DNA of 64,000 bases from a bacterium (lineage in GTDB: Bacteria; Patescibacteriota; Patescibacteriia; UBA10025). Made by a program: the position numbers and the translations under genes. Positions 17,299 through 26,497 of the stretch are shown piece after piece; position 1 is the stretch's first letter; each line of letters begins with the position of its first letter. The notes beneath the pieces are model-generated. The model saw nothing but the letters and a program-made list of their open reading frames with translations. It ran no database searches and had not been told where the DNA came from. The stretch lies in the NCBI GenBank assembly GCA_021815445.1, contig JAKAGM010000002.1, forward strand, positions 307,720 to 371,719, given 5' to 3'.

Positions 17299-17334
17299 CA
17301 GCCCCCTATCATAAAAATCATAAGGGCTGTTTTA
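17299..17334 (+). terminator. Hairpin + T-run after the tRNA pair (start of structured unit 1)
   Basis: CAGCCC, a 19-nt loop, GGGCTG, then TTTTAG. Confidence 0.5.
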
Positions 17335-17470
17335 GCATATTGGGGCCGAAGGGCAGAAGCGATCCTGAGTGGAACGAAGGAGAGCGCCGACGAATGCGAA
17401 CGAGTGCAGTATTCGGCGCTGCCCGGGACAGACCCCCACCCCTACTACCAACCACGTACGAAATAATTGC

Positions 17471-17505
17471 CAACCTTCTTTTTCAGCGCGCGAAGGTTGT
17501 TTTGG
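17471..17505 (+). terminator. Second hairpin + T-run (start of structured unit 2)
   Basis: CAACCTTC, a 13-nt loop, GAAGGTTG, then TTTTGG. The flanks resemble those of the first hairpin: TAATTGCCA(G/A)CC before it, GTTTTnGCAnATnGGGGnCGAAG after it. Confidence 0.5.
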
Positions 17506-17790
17506 CACATGGGGGTCGAAGCCGACCCGAACGCGCCGTAGGCGATGAAGTGAGGGCGGCAGGCTTCGGATGAGACCGAGGAATATCGCGATGAGGTCGA
17601 GGGAAAAGGATCCTCACCTCTGTTACAAACAATCCCTCTGTGAAATACCCCCCTGCTGTCTCAAGCATACGGAGGATGTTTTTGCATAAAAAAAGAAAAA
17701 GCGCTTTGTGATTGATTTCGTATACTACGAATTCACAAAGCGCTACAGTGCCAAACTACTGGTCGATGTGTGGAGCTGTTTGTTCATGGG

Positions 17791-18663
17791 TCAGAACCCA
17801 ATGGCGATAAGGATGACTCCAATGATACCGCCGAAAATGACAAGAAGCTCTTTCCGCGACATCGTACGGGCTTCGCCAAAGAACACCATGGCAGTGAACA
17901 CGGGAATGCACATTTCAGCAACCAGCTGTATCGGTTGTGCGACGGTGTTGGGCAACAGTTCGCGTATCCAATATGACATCATCAGCGATGTCCATATTCC
18001 CCCGGCGAGGAGAAACACCTTTGACCGTTGGACCAGCGTTAGCGGTGGCCCAGCCTCATGGGGCCCGATGAGCACAAAGCGCGTCAACAGGGCTCCGCAC
18101 CAGGCGCCGAAATACCACGCGACGACGTAGGTCGGCATACTCAGCCCTTGCAGCGAGAAATAGCGCATGGAGAAAATGGCAACTCCCCAGATCGTGCTGT
18201 AGCCGATCACCCAGCCGATGAGTCGGACGGGCGCCCCGTCTTTTTTCTGCTTGATCTTCGCAAAGACAATTGCGCTGACGAGGCACAGGATGACACCGGC
18301 AGCGAGCAGGGGGGTAAGTACGCGTAGTTCGCCTAGCAGAAGGTATCCGAGTGCCATGGCTAGTAGGTCATCGAGGTTGCTCATCACCGCTGTTCGCGCC
18401 ATCGAGATGTCGTACGCGCGCCAGTGGCAGTAACATGCAAACGCATTCGCCGCGCCGATGACTGCAACGACAAGTGTCGTCATGTTTATCGCGATCCGTC
18501 CGGCAATCACTGCTGTTGCTATAGCAAGTAAGGCCGCGAAGAAGTACTGCCACACGAGTTTCCGTGTGCGCGACCCTTCGACAGCCCCTATCCTCTTGAT
18601 GGCTATATGCACGAGGCCGTATTGGTACAGGACCGCCATACACACCAGAAGCTTCCAGTTCAT
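17791..18663 (-). CDS. EamA/DMT-family (drug/metabolite transporter) 10-TM membrane protein
   Basis: Ten hydrophobic segments in two 5-TM halves. No catalytic motif. Confidence 0.6.
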   Translation of the reverse strand: MNWKLLVCMAVLYQYGLVHIAIKRIGAVEGSRTRKLVWQYFFAALLAIATAVIAGRIAINMTTLVVAVIGAANAFACYCHWRAYDISMARTAVMSNLDDLLAMALGYLLLGELRVLTPLLAAGVILCLVSAIVFAKIKQKKDGAPVRLIGWVIGYSTIWGVAIFSMRYFSLQGLSMPTYVVAWYFGAWCGALLTRFVLIGPHEAGPPLTLVQRSKVFLLAGGIWTSLMMSYWIRELLPNTVAQPIQLVAEMCIPVFTAMVFFGEARTMSRKELLVIFGGIIGVILIAIGF

Positions 18664-18844
18664 GGCTATTCCTTCCTTTCAAGGTTCAATGTTATTTTCA
18701 GACAATGCTTCAGCACTGCTGAGATTTTTAACAACACCCAAAAACGAGTCCTTTATCTTAGACGATAATCTACAAATGTCAAACTGTGTGCCCGATTTGT
18801 GTATAACAAAATAATCCCGTTCATTACGACGTTGACAGCAATTG

Positions 18845-18882
18845 CCGAAGGTGGGAGTCGAACCCACAAGAGGTTGCTCTTA
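18845..18882 (-). pseudogene. Orphan 3' fragment of a class-II (long variable arm) tRNA
   Basis: Minus-strand reading ataAGAGcaacCTCTTgTGGGTTCGACTCCCACCTTCGGCA. This gives a variable-arm hairpin, a T-arm and a 7-nt acceptor 3' strand plus discriminator A. No matching 5' half is adjacent. Confidence 0.45.
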
Positions 18883-18962
18883 TGCGATTTTGCCATGAAC
18901 CAGAGCAGGGCTCGGTTCATGGCATCCTGAACCGGACTTCGTTCTGGTTCAGGGTGAGTCCT
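18883..18962 (-). repeat. Double-hairpin element, copy A (~80 nt)
   Basis: Identical to copy B at 19357-19436 except for 3 substitutions. On the minus strand it forms two hairpins, CCTGAACC-12nt-GGTTCAGG and GCCATGAACC-12nt-GGTTCATGGC. It ends in 8 nt of tRNA-Leu anticodon-stem sequence (AGGACTCA). Confidence 0.7.
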
Positions 18963-18984
18963 ATACGGTATCTTCCCCCATCTC

Positions 18985-19068
18985 TGCCGCGGGAGAGAAT
19001 CGAACTCTCATGATGTTGCCATCGCAGGATTTTGAGTCCTGTGCGTCTGCCAGTTCCGCCACCGCGGC
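18985..19068 (-). tRNA. tRNA-Leu (anticodon CAA), intact
   Basis: Acceptor GCCGCGG/CCGCGGC, anticodon loop CTCAAAA, long variable arm GATGgcaaCATC, T-arm GAGAGTTCGATTCTCTC. The flanks are complementary: a 10-nt leader CCCCATCTCT pairs with the trailer AGAGATGGGG. Confidence 0.85.
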
Positions 19069-19086
19069 AGAGATGGGGCAAGCGCT

Positions 19087-19350
19087 TTACAAGTACTTTT
19101 GGAGGGTCTCACGGAGTACTAGTCGTAAAGTTTTCTTTCCTTTCGTTGTTTTAAAATACTGCTCCCGACGCCATGCGTCAGCTCTATGGGAAAATGCCTC
19201 GTAGAAAATTAGCCTCACCGGTCGTCGATTCTTAGTAGAATCTACTTTACCATCTTTATGCTCTTTTAGTCTACGTTCAAGTTTATCAGTAAATCCAATG
19301 TAAAACTTTCCATCTTTAAGACTCAAGAGAATATAGACATAATATGTCAT
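19087..19350 (-). CDS. GIY-YIG nuclease-domain protein (YhbQ/UPF0213 type, 87 aa)
   Basis: YVYILLSLKDGKFYIGFTDKLERRLKEHKDG ... RRPVRLIFYEAFSHRADAWRREQYFK matches the GIY-YIG fold with the conserved Arg and Glu. Confidence 0.8.
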   Translation of the reverse strand: MTYYVYILLSLKDGKFYIGFTDKLERRLKEHKDGKVDSTKNRRPVRLIFYEAFSHRADAWRREQYFKTTKGKKTLRLVLRETLQKYL

Positions 19351-19356
19351 AGGTGT

Positions 19357-19436
19357 TGCGATTTTGCCATGAACCAGAGCAGGGCTCGATTCATGGCACC
19401 CTGAACCGAACTTCGTTCTGGTTCAGGGTGAGTCCT
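19357..19436 (-). repeat. Double-hairpin element, copy B (~80 nt)
   Basis: 97% identical to copy A. One substitution converts a stem G-C pair to a G-U pair. It abuts the duplicated tRNA-Leu 5' half. Confidence 0.7.
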
Positions 19437-19465
19437 GTGCGTCTGCCAGTTCCGCCACCGCGGCA
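19429..19465 (-). pseudogene. Duplicated 5' half of tRNA-Leu(CAA) (nt -1 to 35), fused to element copy B
   Basis: 37 nt identical to 19033-19069. It ends inside the anticodon (..GGACTCA) and then continues into the hairpin element. Confidence 0.7.
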
Positions 19466-19556
19466 TAAGAATACACCGCATTGTAACGAGTTTACTTTTG
19501 TTTGTCAAAGCTCCTTTTTTTCGCTATACTGTGCGTACATTTTCTTTTGACAACGT

Positions 19557-20321
19557 ATGCCACGGATCATTTCAGTCGTGAATCAAAAAGGGGGAGTGGG
19601 AAAGACGACAACCTCTGTTAATCTTGCCAGCTACCTCGCATCATTCGGGGAGTCAGTCCTGCTCGTCGACATCGATCCTCAGGGGAATGCATCATCGGGT
19701 ATGGGAGTAGATGTGCGATCGATTACTCACGGAGTGTATGAAGTATTAATCGGTATCGCCTCGCTCCCGGATGTCTTGCACCATGCGTCCGTCGGGGGTC
19801 TTCATATTGCTCCGGCGACACTCAATCTTGCAGGTGCCAATGTGGAGCTTGTCAATTTGCCCCAGCGGGAGTATCGCCTGCATGATGCGTTAAAAGGCAA
19901 GATTGACAGCTACAATTATGTCATCATCGACTGTCCGCCTTCACTCGGACTTCTCACTATTAACGGCATCGTGGCTTCAGACGAAGTGCTGATTCCTGTT
20001 CAAACAGAATATTACGCGTTGGAAGGGTTAAGCCAGCTTTTGAACACGATAAAGCTCATTCAAGACAATCTCAAGCCCGATCTTAAGATCCTCGGCGCCG
20101 TGATGACTATGTACGACAGCACATATAGGCTTACGGAGGCTGTGTTCCGTGAAATGTATCAGTTTTTTCCTCAAAAAGTTTTTCGCACAGTGATCCCCCG
20201 GAATGTCCGCTTAGCAGAAGCGCCGAGCCACGGCAAAACAATTCTCCAATATGATCCTCGATCTCCCGGCGCGCGGGCGTATCGCCGCCTGGCGAAGGAG
20301 ATACATCATTCAGCCAAATAA
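19557..20321 (+). CDS. parA: ParA/Soj chromosome-partitioning ATPase
   Basis: Deviant Walker A NQKGGVGKTTTSVNLA. Confidence 0.9.
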   Translation: MPRIISVVNQKGGVGKTTTSVNLASYLASFGESVLLVDIDPQGNASSGMGVDVRSITHGVYEVLIGIASLPDVLHHASVGGLHIAPATLNLAGANVELVNLPQREYRLHDALKGKIDSYNYVIIDCPPSLGLLTINGIVASDEVLIPVQTEYYALEGLSQLLNTIKLIQDNLKPDLKILGAVMTMYDSTYRLTEAVFREMYQFFPQKVFRTVIPRNVRLAEAPSHGKTILQYDPRSPGARAYRRLAKEIHHSAK

Positions 20322-20329
20322 TTCTCACT

Positions 20330-21202
20330 ATGGACAACCACTATGCAGGATTGGGCAGGGGCCTCGACTCGCTGATCCCAAAAAAAAGAAACGGCGCCGT
20401 AGATCTCGGTATCCGGGAACAGATTCTCGGACCGCAGGAACGTCTCTACAGCATCGATCCGCTCATGATCGATGTCAATCCGCACCAGCCGAGAAAAAGT
20501 TTCGACCACGGAAGTTTAGAAGAGCTTGTAAACTCAATCAAGGAATACGGCATCTTGCAGCCCCTGATTGCAGGCAAGAAAGGCAAGCGCTATGAACTCA
20601 TCTCCGGCGAGCGCCGTCTTCGCGCGGCGAAAATTCTTGAGCTAGACACGGTACCCGTTATAGTTCGCGATGCCTCAGAACAGGAGAAGCTGGCCCTTGC
20701 GCTCATAGAAAACGTTCAGCGAAAAGATTTGAATCCCATCGAACGTGCGTGGGGGTATGCCAGGTTAATTGAAGAATTCAGCCTCACGCAGGAGCAGGCC
20801 GCAAAAAAAGTCGGCCAATCACGAGCAAGCCTCACGAACACGCTCAGAATGCTGAAGCTGCCAGATGAGATACAAAAGTCGCTTATCGACAATTCGCTGA
20901 CTGAGGGACATGCGAAAGTTCTCCTCGGCGTTCAGGACCAACAGGAACAGAAAAAGTTATTTCTTAAAATGCTGAAAGAACAGCTCTCAGTACGGGCTGC
21001 AGAACACTATGTCCGTATTGCGCGCCCGTCCAAGCGAAAAACCCCGGCGCACAATCCCGAACTGGAGGAGCTCAAAGAAAGATTGCAGCGAGCGCTCGGC
21101 ACTAAAGTTGATGTGGTCAAGAGAGGAAAACAGGGTGTCATCCACATTTATTTCTACTCTGACGGAGAGCTTAAGGAAATTCTGGGCCGCATAGGCTCAT
21201 AA
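20330..21202 (+). CDS. parB: ParB/Spo0J partition protein
   Basis: ParB box GERRLRAAK and an HTH. Immediately downstream of parA. Confidence 0.9.
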   Translation: MDNHYAGLGRGLDSLIPKKRNGAVDLGIREQILGPQERLYSIDPLMIDVNPHQPRKSFDHGSLEELVNSIKEYGILQPLIAGKKGKRYELISGERRLRAAKILELDTVPVIVRDASEQEKLALALIENVQRKDLNPIERAWGYARLIEEFSLTQEQAAKKVGQSRASLTNTLRMLKLPDEIQKSLIDNSLTEGHAKVLLGVQDQQEQKKLFLKMLKEQLSVRAAEHYVRIARPSKRKTPAHNPELEELKERLQRALGTKVDVVKRGKQGVIHIYFYSDGELKEILGRIGS

Positions 21203-21207
21203 ATGGC

Positions 21208-23508
21208 ATGAGACTTTTTAGAAGGTTTGCTAAAGAACACACTGCGCTACCGACCATTATCCGATGGTGCCTCCTGGCGCTGGTTGTCGCTACGCCGTTG
21301 ATTGTTTATCCGATGGCTCCGGATGCCTTTGAGCTCACCAAATGGCTTGTTTTTGGCATAATCACAGGATGTGTGTTCCTCCTCTGGATAATTGATACTT
21401 TTGTACTCTATCGCAGGGAGGTGCATTGGACTCTCGTCCACACCTTTATTTCAGCATTTACCGTCGTGGCAGTTGCTGCGGCCCTATTTTCCGTATCAGG
21501 GATACGGAGTATGATCGGACCTGAAGGTTCAGTGAGCGGCACCGTTCCCTCGATACTTATGTTTTCGATTTTTTCATTCCTGCTTGTCCAAATGTTCACC
21601 ACACTCAGGGACCTGCGCATCTTGATTTTAGTATTTTTATCCGGCGCGGGTGTTGCCCTACTTTTCTCCTTCCTTCAATATTGGGAAGTTTTTCTCCTGC
21701 CGTGGGCGGGGGCCCGGACAGAAAGTTTCACCACTCTCGCATTGTCGCCGCTCACGACGGTTATCTTTTTTGCATCAACAGTTATCCTGGGTTTATGTAT
21801 TGTATTTTTTTCAAAAAAGCGATGGGAAAAGATTACGATAGGATCGGGTGTCGGGCTCGCGCTGTTGCTCCTCGCGCTCTATGACAAAAAGATAGGATGG
21901 ATCGCTTTGGGGGTGGCTCTTTTTGCGGTAATGATCCTTTTTGCTTTTCGACCAAAGGTACTGCAGTCTCGCCGGGCAGTCATTCTCATGCTCTGCCTCG
22001 CTTTTTCGATCGGAATGCTCTTTATCCCGGTTACCCGCTGGACGAACAAGGTGATCCCCGACGATACGATCCTCCATCAGGGGAGCGGATGGAATGTCAT
22101 GCTTTCCGTGATGCGACAGCGCCCGGTACTTGGTACGGGCCCCCAAACATTCCTTGATGCCTTTCAGCGGTTCCGTCCGGCCGAGTACAATCAGTCTGCC
22201 CAGTGGCAGCTGAGATTCATTAAATCGAGCAACCAGTGGTTTGAGATTGCGACGACGATGGGTATCCTCGGTTTCGCGGCATTTCTCGGGATTCTCGTGA
22301 CCTTGGTCGATCCTTTTTTACGAAGAACGCTTTTAGCGAAAAAGATTGATGACGTCTATCTTATAGCGCTTTTTTCCGTCGGCGCGCTTATGGTTATGAT
22401 TTTCTCAAGCTTTATTTTGCCGTGGAATTTTATCCTTAATTTTCTCTGGTGGTTTTTTCTTGCCGTCGCACTGCGGGGGTTCATGCTCATCGTTCCCGAC
22501 AGAGTACGGCAGTGGTCTCCCAAGTCATTTCCATACCACCGCGTTCTGGGTATCAGTGCGATTATTATTGCCGTCGCCGCATATTGCAGCTTTATTTTTT
22601 TCGGAGTGAGAATATGGAACGGCGAGCGTCTCCGTTCCCGCTCAAATCTTTCGTCCGTGAATACCGTTGCGGATGCGCAAAAAGAGCTTGCCCTCCTCGA
22701 GAAAAGCTCACGCTGGAATCCTTACTCTACGTTCCCCCAGCTGCTCACCGCTCAGGCTTCAGCTCTCACTGCGGGGTATGAGGCGGCAAACAGCAAGGGA
22801 AGTCTTTCGCCTGACACTGAAACGCTCATAGCCAAGAGCCGGGATCTCGTCAATCGAGCTATAACACGCGATCCAAACAATGTCCTGACATATGAGAATG
22901 CAGTGATCGTCTACCGCGCTTTAGCTCCTATTGTGGCAGATGCTCCCCGCCAGATTACGGTCCTTCTCGAACAGGCAGTCGAACGCGACAGTTCAAATCC
23001 CGCTGTCTACAACGATCTCGGTGAGGCGTATCTTGTCGAGGCCCAGTTCGCCTCAAACGGCACAATTCAGCCGCTTATCGATAAAGCTAAGCGGGCGCTG
23101 GCAACGGCTTCCAGCTTAAAACCGAATTTTATCGACCCTTTGCTTTATATTGCGCTGGCCGAAGACCTGTCCGGTGATACTGCCGCCGCCGAAAAACGTC
23201 TCATCAGCCTCCACAGTCAAAGTCCCGCGACGACGGGCATTACACTTACCCTCGCAGACCTATATGAGCGTCACGGCGAGGATGATAAAGCTATCCCGCT
23301 TTACCAGGACGTCATAACCGTCGCTCCCGGCATTCTCTCGCCGTATTCAAAGCTTGAAGCCATTTACGAGAAAAAGAAAGAATACGCAAAGGCACTCGAT
23401 GTGTACCAAAAGCTTGCCGTACTCCGTTCAGGAGATGCGAGCGTTCAGCAAAAAATAAACGAGCTGTCAAAACTTATCGAAGCGCAAAAAACTCCCGCGA
23501 AGAACTAG
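21208..23508 (+). CDS. O-antigen ligase/polymerase-like polytopic membrane protein with C-terminal TPR repeats
   Basis: About 12 TM segments in the N-terminal 480 aa. The C-terminal 280 aa has TPR-like periodicity. Confidence 0.55.
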   Translation: MRLFRRFAKEHTALPTIIRWCLLALVVATPLIVYPMAPDAFELTKWLVFGIITGCVFLLWIIDTFVLYRREVHWTLVHTFISAFTVVAVAAALFSVSGIRSMIGPEGSVSGTVPSILMFSIFSFLLVQMFTTLRDLRILILVFLSGAGVALLFSFLQYWEVFLLPWAGARTESFTTLALSPLTTVIFFASTVILGLCIVFFSKKRWEKITIGSGVGLALLLLALYDKKIGWIALGVALFAVMILFAFRPKVLQSRRAVILMLCLAFSIGMLFIPVTRWTNKVIPDDTILHQGSGWNVMLSVMRQRPVLGTGPQTFLDAFQRFRPAEYNQSAQWQLRFIKSSNQWFEIATTMGILGFAAFLGILVTLVDPFLRRTLLAKKIDDVYLIALFSVGALMVMIFSSFILPWNFILNFLWWFFLAVALRGFMLIVPDRVRQWSPKSFPYHRVLGISAIIIAVAAYCSFIFFGVRIWNGERLRSRSNLSSVNTVADAQKELALLEKSSRWNPYSTFPQLLTAQASALTAGYEAANSKGSLSPDTETLIAKSRDLVNRAITRDPNNVLTYENAVIVYRALAPIVADAPRQITVLLEQAVERDSSNPAVYNDLGEAYLVEAQFASNGTIQPLIDKAKRALATASSLKPNFIDPLLYIALAEDLSGDTAAAEKRLISLHSQSPATTGITLTLADLYERHGEDDKAIPLYQDVITVAPGILSPYSKLEAIYEKKKEYAKALDVYQKLAVLRSGDASVQQKINELSKLIEAQKTPAKN

Positions 23509-23527
23509 CGGAAAGAGTGAAGTGATA

Positions 23528-24970
23528 TTAGCTATTTTTATAGAGCCATGTAGCTATGGCTTCCTGGGCGCGGTGTGTTTTGACGAATGCGAGCCAATCG
23601 TGCGACGGTCCTTTGCGTTTCTTGTCGGAAATAACCTCGACCATATCGCCGTTCTGAAGCGTTGTGCTTAGCCGGGACATTTTTTCATTTATCCTGGCCG
23701 CTGTCATATGATTTCCCAAATCAGAATGAATTTCGTAGGCGAAGTCCACGGGAGTTGAATTCTCAGGGAGATCGATGACATCTCCCTTCGGCGTGAAGAC
23801 GAAAATACGGTTTTTAAAAATATCCACCTTCAATCCCTTAATATAGACGTCATTATCCGCAACACTCTTCTGCCACTTCGCGAGCTCGCTGATCCATTCG
23901 AGCCGCCGCGTGACTGTCGATCCTTTTGCCGGCTTTCCGCTCTCCACATAATTCCAGTGGGCCGCGATGCCGAATTCAGCTGCCTCGTGCATCTGGGGAT
24001 CCCGAATTTGGACTTCGACTATTTTTTTGTCCAGGCAAAAGATGTCGGTATGGAGTGATTTATAACCGTTGGGCTTCGGCTGGGCAATGTAGTCTTTAAT
24101 CCTCCCTTTGAGGGGCGTCCATCTCCCGTGGATAACGCCAAGCGCAGTGTAACATGAGGGTATGTCGGGGACGATAATGCGGACGGCGACCAGGTCATGG
24201 ATCCGGGTGATGTCGTTGTTATATTCCCTGAGCTTCTTGAAGAGGCTGTAAAATCGCTTCGCGCGTCCATGGATATTCACCACGGTCACATGAGCGTCTT
24301 CGAGAGCTTTTTTTATCTGGGGGATGATTTTTTTTACGTACTTTTGCTGGTCTTCAAAACTTTCCTTGACCATTTTCCTCAGCTCATTGTATTCGCGCTC
24401 CATCGCCACGGGAAAAGCAAGATCTTCCAGCTGTCCGCGGACTTCTCCCATCCCGAGCCTGTTAGCTATGGGCGCGTATATTTCCAATGTCTCGCGGGCT
24501 ATGCGGGTCCGTTTTGTCTTATCGAATACATGGAGCGTCTTGACGTTATCCAGGCGGTCAGCGAGTTTTATGAGAATGACGCGGACGTCAGATGACATCG
24601 CGATGAAGAGTTTGCGCAATGACTCGGCATACCTCTCGCGGCCCTGGTATTCGAGTTTTCCCAACTTCGTGACACCTTCGACGAGAAAATACACTTCCTT
24701 CCCGAATTTTTCCTTTATTTCAGAGTCGTATTCCTGCGGTTTTTCTTCCAGCGTGTCGTGAAGGATGCACGCCACTATCGCGTCCGCGTCAAGCTTCCAT
24801 TCAGCTAGAGTGAGCGCAGAACGGAGAGGATGTTCGACGTAGTCTTCACCCGTAAGCCGCTTGGTATTGCGATGGGCGCGTTCCGCAAACTCAACAGCCT
24901 GCTCAACTCTGAGCATCTCTTTGCGGCCGACGGCGCTTTCTATGTCTTTAAAAAATTCCAGACGATCCAT
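23528..24970 (-). CDS. Short RelA/SpoT-family (p)ppGpp synthetase/hydrolase (HD + synthetase + TGS, no ACT)
   Basis: HD motif ILHDTLEE. Synthetase region GRAKRFYSLFKK...RIIVPD. A TGS-like C-terminus. Confidence 0.85.
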   Translation of the reverse strand: MDRLEFFKDIESAVGRKEMLRVEQAVEFAERAHRNTKRLTGEDYVEHPLRSALTLAEWKLDADAIVACILHDTLEEKPQEYDSEIKEKFGKEVYFLVEGVTKLGKLEYQGRERYAESLRKLFIAMSSDVRVILIKLADRLDNVKTLHVFDKTKRTRIARETLEIYAPIANRLGMGEVRGQLEDLAFPVAMEREYNELRKMVKESFEDQQKYVKKIIPQIKKALEDAHVTVVNIHGRAKRFYSLFKKLREYNNDITRIHDLVAVRIIVPDIPSCYTALGVIHGRWTPLKGRIKDYIAQPKPNGYKSLHTDIFCLDKKIVEVQIRDPQMHEAAEFGIAAHWNYVESGKPAKGSTVTRRLEWISELAKWQKSVADNDVYIKGLKVDIFKNRIFVFTPKGDVIDLPENSTPVDFAYEIHSDLGNHMTAARINEKMSRLSTTLQNGDMVEVISDKKRKGPSHDWLAFVKTHRAQEAIATWLYKNS

Positions 24971-25183
24971 AGGTGCTTTCTATTGTACCGCAGTTTATTT
25001 TTCTCCACAATCAGCATATTCGGGAGTAGTTCATATTCTTTATTACAGTGAGAATCAAGCGCTCCAGTGACGAATTGATTTTTTATTAGACGTGGTATAT
25101 AATCGATAACACTCACGGAAACGGCCGGACCAAAAGAAGGGAATGTTATTCAAACTTTTTTCACCATTTATAAGCTATCGTGT

Positions 25184-26119
25184 ATGAAAAATTTCGATGT
25201 ACTCATTGTCGGCGGCGGAGCGGCGGGATTGTCCGCAGGAATGTACGCGGGCAGGTATTTAGTGTCCGCGGCTGTTATCAGAGGGCCAGAACCGGGAGGG
25301 GAGACTGCGACAGCGTGGACAATTGAGAATTATCCGGGAATCCTCTCGATAGACGGGTTGGAGTTGGTCCAAAATATGGAGAAGCATGCTGTAGCGGCGG
25401 GAGCCCAGATGTTTGACGGAACGGTCAGCGCCATTGAGAAAAAGGGAGACTGTTTCATCTCGACAGTCGGTGAGGAACAGTTCTCATCGAAAACTATTAT
25501 CCTTGCCGTCGGATCATCACGGAGGAAGCTCGGTCTGCCCAACGAGGATAACCTCAGAGGAAAGGGCGTCTCATACTGCGCGACATGTGATGCGCCTCTC
25601 TATAAAGGAAAAATAGTGGCCATTGCCGGAGGAGGCGACTCATCGGTGAAAGGGGCCAATCTGGTTTCGCGTTACGCAACCAAGGTCTACCTTATCGTTC
25701 GCGGCAAAGAGCTGAGAGGCGAACCGGCAAATCTGAAGCAGTTGAAAGAGAAAAAAAATGTAGAAGTGCTCTACGATACCGCTGTACAAGAGATCGTCGG
25801 GACAAAGATCATAGAGAAGATTGTTCTCTCGCGTCCCGTCAACGGTTCACAAGACCTGCAGATCGGGGGTTTGTTCGTCGAGGTAGGCGCCCAACCCCGG
25901 ACTGAGCTTTCTAAAATGTTGGGAGTCGATTTGGATGAAAAAGGATATATCAAGGTAAACAAACTCATGCATACGAATATTACGGGCGTGTACGGAGCGG
26001 GAGATATTACTGATGGAGCGGGAGATTTTCGACAGGATGTGACTGCAGCAGCGCAGGGCGCCATGGCTGCAACGTCGGCGTATAAGTACATAGGAGCGCA
26101 TCCGGAGTTAGCGTGTTAG
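25184..26119 (+). CDS. trxB: Thioredoxin reductase TrxB
   Basis: FAD motif VLIVGGGAAG, redox CATCDAP and NADPH motif GGGDSS. Confidence 0.9.
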   Translation: MKNFDVLIVGGGAAGLSAGMYAGRYLVSAAVIRGPEPGGETATAWTIENYPGILSIDGLELVQNMEKHAVAAGAQMFDGTVSAIEKKGDCFISTVGEEQFSSKTIILAVGSSRRKLGLPNEDNLRGKGVSYCATCDAPLYKGKIVAIAGGGDSSVKGANLVSRYATKVYLIVRGKELRGEPANLKQLKEKKNVEVLYDTAVQEIVGTKIIEKIVLSRPVNGSQDLQIGGLFVEVGAQPRTELSKMLGVDLDEKGYIKVNKLMHTNITGVYGAGDITDGAGDFRQDVTAAAQGAMAATSAYKYIGAHPELAC

Positions 26120-26497
26120 TAAATTAAGGGCAAAACAAGTTATCCCGCAGTAACATCCGATATCCGGTATATCCACGGGATCCTTCGTCGTCCGCGCTAG
26201 GAGATACGGGCTCCTCAGGATGGAGAGTAAAAGCAAGACAGCAAGAAAGAAACCCCTAATAAAGAGAGGGCGTTGCTTTTGTATTGACGCCTATGCATGA
26301 TATGTTAGACTTCTTTTATCCTTTTTGCTCATTTCATTTCTGTAGCGAGATAAGTCAACGTACAGTTTCTGCTGCTTGTATGCCATAAAGCGGCGCGAAA
26401 GTCATTCAACAATGGCGACATCATGGAGGATTGTCGCAATGACCTGAGGGAATTGTGAGTTTGTTGTTAACCACCCACCTGTTCACTTGGAGGGTTT

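Noticed and set aside
17327-17345. GTTTTAG... sequence resembling the start of a CRISPR repeat
   Set aside because: There are only two diverged copies about 175 nt apart and no regular repeat-spacer array. No cas genes are present in the window.
17427-17440. 13-nt duplicate of the tRNA-Met 3' end as an attachment site of an integrated element
   Set aside because: It is too short. It lies only ~160 bp from the tRNA with nothing inserted between the copies. No integrase is present in the window. It is kept as a minor note under the structured-unit finding.
18845-19465. Interpretation of the tRNA-Leu locus as a classical group I intron carrying a homing endonuclease
   Set aside because: No group I core (P/Q/R/S) or group II domain sequence could be recognised. 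The putative intron would contain a second copy of the 5' exon. The GIY-YIG protein is the short YhbQ type rather than an I-TevI-like enzyme with a DNA-binding tail. The locus is therefore reported as an unusual element footprint, not as an intron.
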